The notes under the pieces are model-generated. The model did no database searches and was not told the DNA's origin. It saw nothing but the letters and a program-made list of their open reading frames with translations. From NCBI GenBank assembly GCA_037134395.1, contig JBAXMH010000001.1, positions 1 to 55,453 of the forward strand: 55,453 nucleotides of DNA, in the 5' to 3' direction. Origin of the DNA: Chloroflexales bacterium. Lineage in GTDB: Bacteria > Chloroflexota > Chloroflexia > Chloroflexales > Chloroflexaceae. The position numbers were made by a program, and so were the translations under genes. Below, piece by piece: positions 23,004 through 31,787 of the stretch. Position 1 is the stretch's first letter. Each line of letters begins with the position of its first letter.

Positions 23004-23753
23004 ATGGATTTCACGGGGCAAGTGGCGATCGTCACCGGCGGATCGCGGGGGATCGGGCGAGCAGTGGTACGCGATCTGGCCCGCCGGGGCGCACAGGTGC
23101 TATTCTGTTACCGTGAGCGCACCCAGGCTGCGGCAGAAACTCTGGCATTGGTCGCGGAATCAGGTGGTGTGGTCGAGGCCATGCAGGCAGATGTGGCCAA
23201 CCCAGCGGCTGGCCCGGCTCTGGTGAGTGCCGTCCTTGAACGTTGGGGACGACTGGACATCCTGGTGAACTGCGCCGGACATGCAAGCTATGGCCCGATC
23301 GAAGAGATGAGTACGGCCCGCTGGCGTGATGTGCTGGCCACAAACCTGACAGGCGTGTACCATACCTGTCGGGCGGCCATGCGACCGATGATGCAGCGAC
23401 GTTATGGGCGGATCATCAATCTCTCGGCGCTGCACGCTAACGGCGGGTTTCCTGGCCAAGCCGACTACTCGGCAGCCACGGCGGGTGTGCAGGGATTCAC
23501 TCGTTCGCTGGCCCGTGAGGCGGCGGCATGGTCAATTACGGTAAACTCGGTGGCTCCGGGATTTGTAGATACCGAATTGCTTAACCCGCTACCAGACGAA
23601 GTGCGAGCGTGGGGCGAGGGGATCATTGCGATGCGCCGCTCCGGGCGACCAGAGGAGGTTGCGGCGGCGGTCGTCTTCCTGTCATCCTCGATGGCCTCGT
23701 ACATCACGGGGCATACCTTGGCAGTTGACGGTGGCTGGAGGATGGCGGGGTAG
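23004..23753 (+). CDS. FabG-like SDR paralogue lacking catalytic Ser and Lys
   Basis: TGGSRGIG Rossmann motif present; IINLSA and YSAAT replace IGS and YxxxK; AGGAGG SD. Confidence 0.85.
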   Translation: MDFTGQVAIVTGGSRGIGRAVVRDLARRGAQVLFCYRERTQAAAETLALVAESGGVVEAMQADVANPAAGPALVSAVLERWGRLDILVNCAGHASYGPIEEMSTARWRDVLATNLTGVYHTCRAAMRPMMQRRYGRIINLSALHANGGFPGQADYSAATAGVQGFTRSLAREAAAWSITVNSVAPGFVDTELLNPLPDEVRAWGEGIIAMRRSGRPEEVAAAVVFLSSSMASYITGHTLAVDGGWRMAG

Positions 23754-23775
23754 ATCAACGAGGCGTATCAGAACA

Positions 23776-23826
23776 CCAAGAGGGGCCGCAGGCACAACGC
23801 CTGCGGCCCCTCTTGGCACTTTTTTT
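23776..23826 (+). terminator. Rho-independent terminator, possibly bidirectional
   Basis: Perfect 18-bp stem CCAAGAGGGGCCGCAGGC/GCCTGCGGCCCCTCTTGG, 5-nt loop, then CACTTTTTTT. Confidence 0.85.
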
Positions 23827-24353
23827 GATTTCCCTACCTTTTACTGGTCTTGCTAGGTTCGTCCGAAGTCCGTCGTCGTCCATCCGCCTGAGCGTACAGG
23901 GAGTCCGTCTTCCGAGCGTACAGAGCTTGACGCCTCAAGAGATCAGGCCCGCCATATTGTGTCCCTCTGCCAGCTTACTCATCTGTGCAAACCCTTGGCT
24001 GCCCTCCAGTCAATACGGCCATCGTCCCCCGCCTTACGGCGGTGTGACGGCAGTCGCTGCGTCGGCTTTTGCCTTTGGGTGTGGCTCCGATCTCGGCGTA
24101 GGATTCTTGTTGTGTTCCTTACGCGGTGAGCTTTGCGCGAGAGGCGGTCATCTTGCTCGCACAGCATCCAATCGCTACATCAGCGATCCGGCGCTTGTCT
24201 GTTAGTCTCCCTGGCGAGGCCGCGCCTGCCATTTCCCCTAACACACGCCTTGTCTCTGTAATTCATTTTACAGTAGGGGTCGGCGCTTGCTGTCTGACCA
24301 CACATGTTCGGCTGTACAGGTTCGCTGGTCGGTTGCTGTTCTTTTAAGGCTTC
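23776..24353 (-). ncRNA. Candidate large structured non-coding RNA (~530-580 nt), family not recognised
   Basis: Own promoter at 24360-24388, many consecutive hairpins, no credible ORF, ends at the 23776-23816 hairpin. Confidence 0.5.
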
Positions 24354-24359
24354 GAGGTC

Positions 24360-24388
24360 ATAATAGCACTACAACGCCCAAAAATCAA
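24360..24388 (-). promoter_or_regulatory. Sigma70-type promoter pointing into the non-coding region
   Basis: Minus strand TTGATT (24388-24383), 17-nt spacer ending TGC (extended -10), TATTAT (24365-24360). Confidence 0.6.
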
Positions 24389-24487
24389 GAGGTTAATCGC
24401 AAGTTAACGATGATAGGGGTAGATTTTTGGATGAAACGACGATCTGTGGCACTGTAATACCAGGAATATGTTGGGCTGTAGTAATGT

Positions 24488-25996
24488 CTAGTGTAAAGAC
24501 TTTTTTGCGCTGTCGGCGGCAACTCGCTCGGCGATAGCCCTACCTGACAAGAGGACGAGAGGGATACCACCGCCGGGATGCGTGCCGCCACCGACGAAGT
24601 AGAGATCGCGCAATCTGTGGGCGCGCAGGGGCGGGCGCATAAATGCTGAGAAGGGATTATTCGAGGAGAGGCCGTAGATCGCGCCGCCTGCGGCGTTGTA
24701 GCGGCTCTGGATGTCTTTTGGGGTCCAGATCTGCTCGTAGACAATGTGCTGACGCAGGTGATCCAGTCCCATCCGCTCCAGTTTGGCCAGCACCAGATCA
24801 CGATAGGGCGCAGCCTCCTGAGACCAGTTGACTCGTTGGCCAAGGGCGGGTGCGTTGACGAGGATGAAGAGGTTCATGTGGCCGGGGGGGGCGTGCTGCG
24901 GGTCGCTCAGGCAGGTTGCGGCCACATATACGGTGGGGTCAACGGCGGGAACTCCCTTCTGGAAGATTGCCTGAAACTCACGGGGGTAGTCGGCGCTGAA
25001 AAAAATATTGTGATGGGCCAGATGTGGGTAGGTGCGATTCACACCCAGGAAGAGGACGTAGCCGCTACAGGAGGGCTCCAGACGGGCGAGACGACGGGCG
25101 GTACGCTCGTGATCGGGCAGGAGGGCTGCGTAGGCGTAGCGCGGGTCGGCATTGATGATTACACGGGCCGCTGGAATGCGCTCGCCACACTCCAGGCGTA
25201 CCCCGCAGGCGGCACCGCGATCGTGCAGTACCTCGGCCACGGTGGTACTGGTGCGGATCTGCACACCCAATTCCTCGGCGAGGCGAAGCAGGGCGCGACC
25301 CAGTTCGTACATTCCGCCGCGCACATACCAGCCACCCTCGGCAAACTCGATGTAGGCGATCACGTTGAAGGTTGCCGGTGAGAGGTAGGGCGACGAGCCG
25401 TTGTAGGTCGCGTAACGGTTGAAGATCTGGCGCAGGTAGGGGCTGCGGAAGTAGGCGCGCACGGCTGCATCCACACTGCGTAGCGAGTCGATCTGTGGGC
25501 CATCGCGCAGCAATCGGGGCGTGAGGAGCTCGGAGATGCCATCGAAGGGCTTGAGCAGGAAATTGTCGGCGACAGCGGCGTAGATCCGGGCGCTGTAGGC
25601 GAGAAAACGGAAGAGGCCAGGGACATCGGGCGGACTAATGCGCTCGATCTCCTGGATGAGTTGAGGCAGGCGCTGCCAGGCGTGAAAAATCGTACCATCG
25701 GGCCAGGTATAGCGGCAGGTCGGCTCAATCTGATCGAGGTGGAGGTAATCCTCCATGCGCCGTCCAGCGGCGGCGAAAAGATCGCGGATAACCCAGGGCA
25801 TGGTCAGCAGCGAAGGGCCGGTGTCGAAGGTATAGCCCTGCTCCTGCACAAGGTTGAGCTTGCCACCGACACGCTGGTTCTTCTCAAGGAGCAGGACGGA
25901 GTGACCGACGGCGGCGAGGCGAATAGCGGCAGCCAGGCCACCCAGGCCGGCCCCGACGATGATGGTTTGATCTTTCACAGGAGAACCCACACACAT
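24488..25996 (-). CDS. CrtI-family phytoene desaturase/carotenoid oxidoreductase
   Basis: IVGAGLGGLAAA FAD motif, FDTGPSLL, YFVGGGTHPGGGIPLVLLSG; start may be GTG 25978; subfamily unresolved. Confidence 0.9.
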   Translation of the reverse strand: MCVGSPVKDQTIIVGAGLGGLAAAIRLAAVGHSVLLLEKNQRVGGKLNLVQEQGYTFDTGPSLLTMPWVIRDLFAAAGRRMEDYLHLDQIEPTCRYTWPDGTIFHAWQRLPQLIQEIERISPPDVPGLFRFLAYSARIYAAVADNFLLKPFDGISELLTPRLLRDGPQIDSLRSVDAAVRAYFRSPYLRQIFNRYATYNGSSPYLSPATFNVIAYIEFAEGGWYVRGGMYELGRALLRLAEELGVQIRTSTTVAEVLHDRGAACGVRLECGERIPAARVIINADPRYAYAALLPDHERTARRLARLEPSCSGYVLFLGVNRTYPHLAHHNIFFSADYPREFQAIFQKGVPAVDPTVYVAATCLSDPQHAPPGHMNLFILVNAPALGQRVNWSQEAAPYRDLVLAKLERMGLDHLRQHIVYEQIWTPKDIQSRYNAAGGAIYGLSSNNPFSAFMRPPLRAHRLRDLYFVGGGTHPGGGIPLVLLSGRAIAERVAADSAKKSLH

Positions 25997-26000
25997 ACGG

Positions 26001-26068
26001 AGGGGCGAAGCATGGGGCAGGGTGTCGGCTACTTACAGCCGATACCCTGCCCCATGCTTCGCCCCTAC
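26001..26068. repeat. GTAG-family REP-like palindrome
   Basis: 30-bp arms 26001-26030 and 26037-26066 with one mismatch, 6-nt loop; right arm ends GCTTCGCCCCTAC. Confidence 0.8.
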
Positions 26069-26073
26069 AGGAT

Positions 26074-27564
26074 TTACCAACCCTTTTTCTGACCGGGAAC
26101 CTGAGCGCCGAAGATGCTGGGCGGCAGCTTGAATCCGTGGGCCTCAAGGCGTGGGGTGAAGCGTGGGCGCACACCGGATGGGCGCATCTCGCACTGGATT
26201 TTGCCCTCGGGCGACTTACCGAGAATCTCCAGCTTGAAGATGTCCTGGAGAACCACCGTCTCACCCTCCATACCCTGCACCTCAGTGATGTAGGTTACCT
26301 TACGCTGACCGTCATCAAGGCGCGATTGCTGGACAATCACATCAATCGCCGCAGCGATTTGGTCACGGATAACCCTCAGAGGCAGATCCATACCGGCCAT
26401 CATAGACATTGTTTCCATGCGGGCCAGGGCATCGCGGGGGGTATTAGCGTGGAGCGTGGTGAGCGAGCCATCGTGGCCGGTATTCATCGCCTGAAGCATA
26501 TCAAGGGTCTCACCACCACGACACTCGCCGATGACCACACGCTCGGGGCGCATACGCAAGGAGTTTTTTACCAAATCGCGGATGGACACGAGTCCGCTCC
26601 CATCCACCTCAGCGGGCTTCGACTCCAGACGCACCACATGATCCTGAGCAAGCTGAAGTTCGGCGCTATCCTCAATCGTAACGATACGTTCGTCCTCGGG
26701 GATGAAGTTCGAGAGCACGTTCAGCAGCGTCGTCTTGCCAGAGCCGGTGCCGCCGGAGACCACGATATTGAGCCGACTGATCACGCAGGCGCGCAGGAAC
26801 TCACCCATCTCAGGACTCATCGAGCCAAAGCGGATGAGATCGTCAATCTTGAGCTTATTCTTTGAGAACTTACGAATAGTGACCGTGGAGCCATCAATAG
26901 CGCAGGGCGGAATAATTGCGTTAACACGAGAGCCATCGGGGAGACGGGCATCAACCATGGGCCACTTGCGATCAACGCGACGACCGAGGGGACGGATGAT
27001 TCGGTCAATCACCTTGAGTACATGTTCATCACCCGCAAAGCGCACGGGAGAGAGACGCAACTTGCCCTTTTGCTCAACATAGACCTGGTTAGGGCCATTG
27101 ATCATGATCTCAGAGATCGAGTCGTCGTTGAGCAACTGCTGGATGGGGCCGAATCCCATCAGTTCATCGCAGACCATTGTGAACATTTGTTTGACAGCGG
27201 AATCAGGGAGAGTAACCCCCGCTTGCTGGTAGGTGCGAGCGAATCGTTCCTGGAGCAATTTCTCGCTCTCCGGGGATCGTTTGAGTTCACTTTGATTACC
27301 GAGGGATGCCTGAATACGGTCAACGATCCAGAGCGAAAGTTCAAGCATGCGCTTCGGGTCAGTAGCGGGCAGGGACTCGTCCACCACCGCAGCTTGGCTC
27401 TGTGCGGGCGGGGCGCTACGCAGCTCAGGAGGAGCGACCGCAACCGGAGCCTCAGAAATAGGGTTAAGGGCAGGAGGGACAGGACTATGCACGGGCGCAG
27501 CGACCGCAGCCTCGGGGGGAGGGGGGGGTTGAGCTGTGCCACCAAGACGTTTGAACAGAGACAT
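26074..27564 (-). CDS. CpaF/TadA family pilus assembly ATPase
   Basis: DARLPDGSRVN, GGTGSGKTT, IEDSAEL, LRMRPERVVIGECRG, AMNTGHDG; Pro/Ala-rich N-terminus; AGGAGG SD. Confidence 0.92.
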   Translation of the reverse strand: MSLFKRLGGTAQPPPPPEAAVAAPVHSPVPPALNPISEAPVAVAPPELRSAPPAQSQAAVVDESLPATDPKRMLELSLWIVDRIQASLGNQSELKRSPESEKLLQERFARTYQQAGVTLPDSAVKQMFTMVCDELMGFGPIQQLLNDDSISEIMINGPNQVYVEQKGKLRLSPVRFAGDEHVLKVIDRIIRPLGRRVDRKWPMVDARLPDGSRVNAIIPPCAIDGSTVTIRKFSKNKLKIDDLIRFGSMSPEMGEFLRACVISRLNIVVSGGTGSGKTTLLNVLSNFIPEDERIVTIEDSAELQLAQDHVVRLESKPAEVDGSGLVSIRDLVKNSLRMRPERVVIGECRGGETLDMLQAMNTGHDGSLTTLHANTPRDALARMETMSMMAGMDLPLRVIRDQIAAAIDVIVQQSRLDDGQRKVTYITEVQGMEGETVVLQDIFKLEILGKSPEGKIQCEMRPSGVRPRFTPRLEAHGFKLPPSIFGAQVPGQKKGW

Positions 27565-27616
27565 AGAGAGCATACCTCCTGGGGTCGCCTTGCAGGGGCA
27601 GGCATACGACCGTGTA

Positions 27617-28996
27617 CTAGCCAAGCTTGACGAAATACGCCTCACAGGCGCGGTCAATCAGTTCCTTGCTCATTGATGGCTCGATGGTACGATACTTCGC
27701 CTCGTCAAGAATCTGATCGCAGAGGTCACGCGGGTGACATGCGCGCAGATCGCGACCAGCCTTCATATAATGTTCCTGGATCAGATGGCGCAGACCCTCA
27801 TCGCTATACGGGATCTTCTTCAGCTTGCAGACAAGCTGAAAAATGGAGCGGAACTCAGCGGGCGAGGGGTTCGGCACCTCGATCTTATGGCGGATGCGGC
27901 GCAGGAAGGCATCGTCCACCAAATCCTTAGGGTTAAGGTTGGTGGAGAAGACGATCAGCACATCGAAGGGTACCTGGAGTTTCTTGCCTGTCTGGAGGGC
28001 GAGGTAGTCAAATTTTTTCTCCAGGGGCACGATCCAGCGATTGAGCAAATCTTGGGGGCGGCACTTCTGGCGACCGAAGTCATCAATCAGGAAGAGGCCA
28101 CCGTTAGCCTTGAGCTGAAAGGGAGCCTCGTAGATTTTGACAGCCGGGTCGAAAATCAGTTCAAGCTGCTCAAGGATAAGTTCGCCGCCGACAATGACAC
28201 GTGGGCGCTTGCAGACAACCCAGCGTGCGTCGGGAAAAGAGTTGGATGACTGGCGAACGGGGGCACCGGGGAAGGGCGGGGCGACATCAACGTGGCCGAC
28301 TTGGTTCTGTTGCACAACCTGATGGTTAAGCGGGTCGAAGATCTTAATGATCTGACCATCAATCTCAACGGCATAGGGAATGAGGACGTACCCGCCGAGC
28401 ATATTCGAGATTCCCTCGGCGATGGTCGTCTTACCGTTACCGGGGGGGCCATAGAGGAAGAGCGAACGAGCCGAGTTCGCCGCCGGCCCGATCTTATCCA
28501 GCATTTTCTCATTGACAACCAGATGCCCGAACGCCTGACGAATAGCGGCTTGGTCAATAACCATGTCCCCGACACTCTGGCGATTGACCATATCAACATA
28601 CGACTGAAACGGTACGGGGGCCGGGCCAGCGTACTGGGATCGCTCAAGCACCTCAAGGATCTTCGCACGACCCTTGTTCGCGATAATATATTGGAATGAG
28701 CGTTCGCTGAAGCCGCCCTCTGCGCCGGTAATATCAACAAACTCTTCAAGCTTGAGAAACTCAAGAGCCTTATCAATAATGCCAAGGAAGGGCAGTTTCG
28801 TCATCTCTTCAAGGCGCTGGCCAGTGACAGAGCCGGTGAAGTAGATAACCTTGAGGACGAGGTCGGTCAGGAAACCCATATTCAGCCCTGAATCGGCAAC
28901 CGTGGTGGGCTGAGCCGGGATGTCGGGCATCTTCACACCCGGAGCCGAGCGTGGCGCTGACGGAGATGGCTGGATCTCGTGCAACCTGAACGTCAT
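27617..28996 (-). CDS. AAA family ATPase
   Basis: Walker A GPPGNGKT, Walker B LFLIDDFGRQ, FSTNL, AFLRRI. Confidence 0.88.
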   Translation of the reverse strand: MTFRLHEIQPSPSAPRSAPGVKMPDIPAQPTTVADSGLNMGFLTDLVLKVIYFTGSVTGQRLEEMTKLPFLGIIDKALEFLKLEEFVDITGAEGGFSERSFQYIIANKGRAKILEVLERSQYAGPAPVPFQSYVDMVNRQSVGDMVIDQAAIRQAFGHLVVNEKMLDKIGPAANSARSLFLYGPPGNGKTTIAEGISNMLGGYVLIPYAVEIDGQIIKIFDPLNHQVVQQNQVGHVDVAPPFPGAPVRQSSNSFPDARWVVCKRPRVIVGGELILEQLELIFDPAVKIYEAPFQLKANGGLFLIDDFGRQKCRPQDLLNRWIVPLEKKFDYLALQTGKKLQVPFDVLIVFSTNLNPKDLVDDAFLRRIRHKIEVPNPSPAEFRSIFQLVCKLKKIPYSDEGLRHLIQEHYMKAGRDLRACHPRDLCDQILDEAKYRTIEPSMSKELIDRACEAYFVKLG

Positions 28997-29126
28997 AGTG
29001 TGCTACTTCCCTTCCCGCAGATGCGCTACGTGAGTTAACGGGGCAGGCGACCTGCGCAACCATCAGTATAAACCCGTGCATCAGGGATCGCAAGAAACGA
29101 CGACGGGTAGGGGACGAGTCGCTGCA

Positions 29127-29156
29127 TTGCCCCGACAAGAGCGGCTATGGTAGAAT
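29127..29156 (+). promoter_or_regulatory. Putative pdxS promoter
   Basis: TTGCCC, 18-nt spacer ending TGG, TAGAAT (29151-29156). Confidence 0.45.
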
Positions 29157-29204
29157 AAGCTGTGCTGTCTCTACTGTTGAACCGTGCGTGAGTGAGGTGT
29201 TGTG

Positions 29205-30086
29205 ATGGAAAAATCAACCTGGACGACGAAAGTCGGCCTGGCGCAGATGCTCAAGGGTGGCGTGATCATGGACGTGGTCACGGTCGAGCAGGCGCGGATT
29301 GCTGAGGAGGCGGGTGCTGTGGCGGTGATGGCGCTTGAGCGCGTGCCCGCCGACATCCGTGCCCAAGGCGGCGTTGCACGGATGAGCGACCCTGAGCTGA
29401 TAGCGGCGATCAAGGCGGCAGTCACCATCCCGGTGATGGCCAAGGCCCGGATCGGCCACTTTGTTGAGGCCCAGGTGATCGAGGTTTTGGGCATTGACTA
29501 CATTGATGAGAGTGAGGTACTCACCCCGGCGGATGAGGAGCACCACATCAATAAGCACAAATTCACCATCCCCTTTGTGTGCGGCTGCCGCAACCTGGGC
29601 GAGGCGCTGCGCCGCCTAGCCGAAGGTGCGGCGATGTTGCGCACCAAGGGCGAGGCGGGTACGGGCAATGTGGTAGAGGCTGTCCGCCACTTCCGCACCG
29701 TTCAGGGCGACATCCGTCGCCTCCAGAGCATGGATGAGGATGAGTTGTTCACAGCGGCCAAGAACCTGCAAGCTCCCTACGAACTGGTGAAGCAGGTGGC
29801 GGCGGCGGGCCGACTCCCGGTGGTGAACTTTGCCGCCGGCGGGATCGCCACACCAGCCGATGCCGCTCTGATGATGCAACTTGGAGTTGATGGTGTCTTT
29901 GTGGGTTCGGGGATCTTCAAGAGCGGCAACCCCATGCAGCGAGCACGGGCGATTGTTGAGGCAACTACGCACTACAAGGACGCGGAGATTATCGCACGGG
30001 TGAGCAAGGGTCTGGGCGAAGCGATGGTCGGCATCAACATTGATCAGATCCCGGCTGAGCAACTGATGGCGAAGCGCGGCTGGTAG
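29205..30086 (+). CDS. pdxS: Pyridoxal 5'-phosphate synthase lyase subunit
   Basis: [43 protein letters not shown]. Confidence 0.98.
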   Translation: MEKSTWTTKVGLAQMLKGGVIMDVVTVEQARIAEEAGAVAVMALERVPADIRAQGGVARMSDPELIAAIKAAVTIPVMAKARIGHFVEAQVIEVLGIDYIDESEVLTPADEEHHINKHKFTIPFVCGCRNLGEALRRLAEGAAMLRTKGEAGTGNVVEAVRHFRTVQGDIRRLQSMDEDELFTAAKNLQAPYELVKQVAAAGRLPVVNFAAGGIATPADAALMMQLGVDGVFVGSGIFKSGNPMQRARAIVEATTHYKDAEIIARVSKGLGEAMVGINIDQIPAEQLMAKRGW

Positions 30087-30093
30087 TCTCTTG

Positions 30094-30144
30094 GTTGGGC
30101 CATTGTTGTCGCAGTGCTGCGACGATGGCCCAACGGATTTTTTT
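30094..30144 (+). terminator. Terminator-like hairpin between pdxS and pdxT
   Basis: GTTGGGCCAT..GTCGCAG/CTGCGAC.ATGGCCCAAC followed by a T7 run. Confidence 0.5.
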
Positions 30145-30717
30145 ATGAATGTTGGCATACTGGCACTTCAGGGCGATGTTCGTGAACACAGCGAGATCCT
30201 GCGACGGATGGGCGTGCAGCCTGTGGAGGTGCGCCTGCCGAAACATCTGGTGGCAGTTGATCGCCTGATCATCCCCGGCGGCGAGAGTACGGCGATTGGT
30301 CGCCTGCTGACGCTCTATGACTTTATCGCCCCGCTGCGTGCCCGGGCCGGTCGTGATCTGGCAATCTGGGGGACGTGTGCGGGGGCGATCCTGCTGGCGC
30401 GCACGGTTCTCGATATGAAGCAGGGCGGGCAACCTGGCCTTGAGGTGATGGACATAACGGTGCGGCGCAACGCATACGGCAGCCAGCTTGATAGCTTCGA
30501 ACTGCCACTTGACATGCCTGTTCTGGGCGACGAGCCACTGCCGGGGGTGTTTATCCGCGCACCGCAGATCGAGTCGGTCGGGCCGACGGTACGTGTGCTG
30601 GCACGCCTACCGAGCGGGGCGGTTGTGGCCGCACAACAGGGCCGTATGATGGCGACCACCTTTCACCCCGAGCTGACGAGTGATGACCGGGTGCATCGCT
30701 ACTTTTTGGAGCTATAG
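30145..30717 (+). CDS. pdxT: Pyridoxal 5'-phosphate synthase glutaminase subunit
   Basis: GILALQG, PGGEST, GTCAG, FIRAP, FHPEL. Confidence 0.97.
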   Translation: MNVGILALQGDVREHSEILRRMGVQPVEVRLPKHLVAVDRLIIPGGESTAIGRLLTLYDFIAPLRARAGRDLAIWGTCAGAILLARTVLDMKQGGQPGLEVMDITVRRNAYGSQLDSFELPLDMPVLGDEPLPGVFIRAPQIESVGPTVRVLARLPSGAVVAAQQGRMMATTFHPELTSDDRVHRYFLEL

Positions 30718-30719
30718 AC

Positions 30720-30785
30720 GATTTTAGGTTGTGGATTTTAGATTGCGGCGCGCAGTCTAAAATCGAAAATCCGAAATCTAAAATC
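30720..30785. repeat. Inverted heptamer repeat hairpin (ATTTTAG/CTAAAAT type)
   Basis: GATTTTAG..GATTTTAGATTGC versus GCAGTCTAAAATCGAAAATCCGAAATCTAAAATC. Confidence 0.75.
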
Positions 30786-30790
30786 ACGCT

Positions 30791-31783
30791 ATGATTCGCT
30801 CTGTGGCCCCCGGCGATCTCTGGTCGCTACGGCGCAAGCCGCGTAATCAGGTGATGCTCTACACCGATGGTCTGCTCGCGCAGGCTCACCGGCCTGCGTG
30901 GTGCGCGCTACACTGCATGCTCCAGGGCAACGGGCGGGATCGTACCACGCTCATTACGCAGGAGCGCGGTACGAGTGCGGTTGTCCAATCCCTCGGGCGC
31001 AGCGGTCGCCCTGAGCAGGATGTCGTCTACCTCGGCACCTCTGGCACACGGGCGACGCGCCTGCCGAGCGACTATGACATCTGGTTCCGCCTGCTCGAAC
31101 AGCTCTGCGTCCACGCCGGGCACGCCTACGTCCAGCGGCTCTATGCCGCTGCCCCCAGCCAGCACACCGAAGTGCGCGAGATTTTCCGTCAGCTTGGATT
31201 CCAGGCATACACGCACACGACCATCCTCCAGCTCTCTGGCCCCGACTGGGATCAGCGCACCACGCTGGCACCCATGCGTATGCAGGCTCGCCGCGATCAC
31301 TGGGCCGTGCATAAGCTCTACGGCGTGGTGACGCCGCATCTGGTGCAGCACGCCGAGGTACGCAACGCTCGCCACTGGTCGCTGTCGCTCTCGCCGCACT
31401 TCGGCAGGCAACGCCAGGTGGCCTGGGTACTTGGGCCTGACGACAATCTAACCTCCTACCTGCGACTGACGAGCGGGGTCTCGGGGCATGTCTTTAGCCT
31501 GATGGTTCGGCCCGACATGCGTGATCAGGTGGTTGATGTGCTGCGCTTTGGGCTGGCGCAACTCAGTGACGCACGCCCGGTCTACCTGGTGCTACGCGAG
31601 TACCAGGCGGATCTGCTTGAGCCGTGCTACGCCCTCGGTTTTCAGCCGATTGGCGAGCAGGCTCTGCTCGTAAAGAGTATGGTCGTTGCGGTGCGACGAC
31701 CACTGCTGGTGCCAACCTTTGAGCCGGGGCTGGAGCCTCGGGTGATAGCCCCACGTATCTCTGCGGCCAGGGAGGATAGATAA
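30791..31783 (+). CDS. Hypothetical protein, possibly tandem GNAT-like fold
   Basis: 330-aa ORF in a co-oriented cluster; two FRQLGF/ALGF-like motifs reminiscent of GNAT ends. Confidence 0.65.
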   Translation: MIRSVAPGDLWSLRRKPRNQVMLYTDGLLAQAHRPAWCALHCMLQGNGRDRTTLITQERGTSAVVQSLGRSGRPEQDVVYLGTSGTRATRLPSDYDIWFRLLEQLCVHAGHAYVQRLYAAAPSQHTEVREIFRQLGFQAYTHTTILQLSGPDWDQRTTLAPMRMQARRDHWAVHKLYGVVTPHLVQHAEVRNARHWSLSLSPHFGRQRQVAWVLGPDDNLTSYLRLTSGVSGHVFSLMVRPDMRDQVVDVLRFGLAQLSDARPVYLVLREYQADLLEPCYALGFQPIGEQALLVKSMVVAVRRPLLVPTFEPGLEPRVIAPRISAAREDR

Positions 31784-31787
31784 TCCT

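Noticed and set aside
19952-23753. Absence of plsX, acpP and fabF from the fab cluster
   Set aside because: These genes are often located elsewhere; this cannot be judged from one window
23776-24353. tmRNA, RNase P RNA, SRP RNA or a small protein as the identity of the non-coding region
   Set aside because: No tRNA-like GGGG...CCA ends or tag peptide, no GAGGAAAGTCC, no SRP domain IV motif seen. The short ORFs (23813-24205 +, 23979-24167 -, 24126-24347 +, and a 41-aa minus-strand ORF) lack an SD and any recognisable protein features
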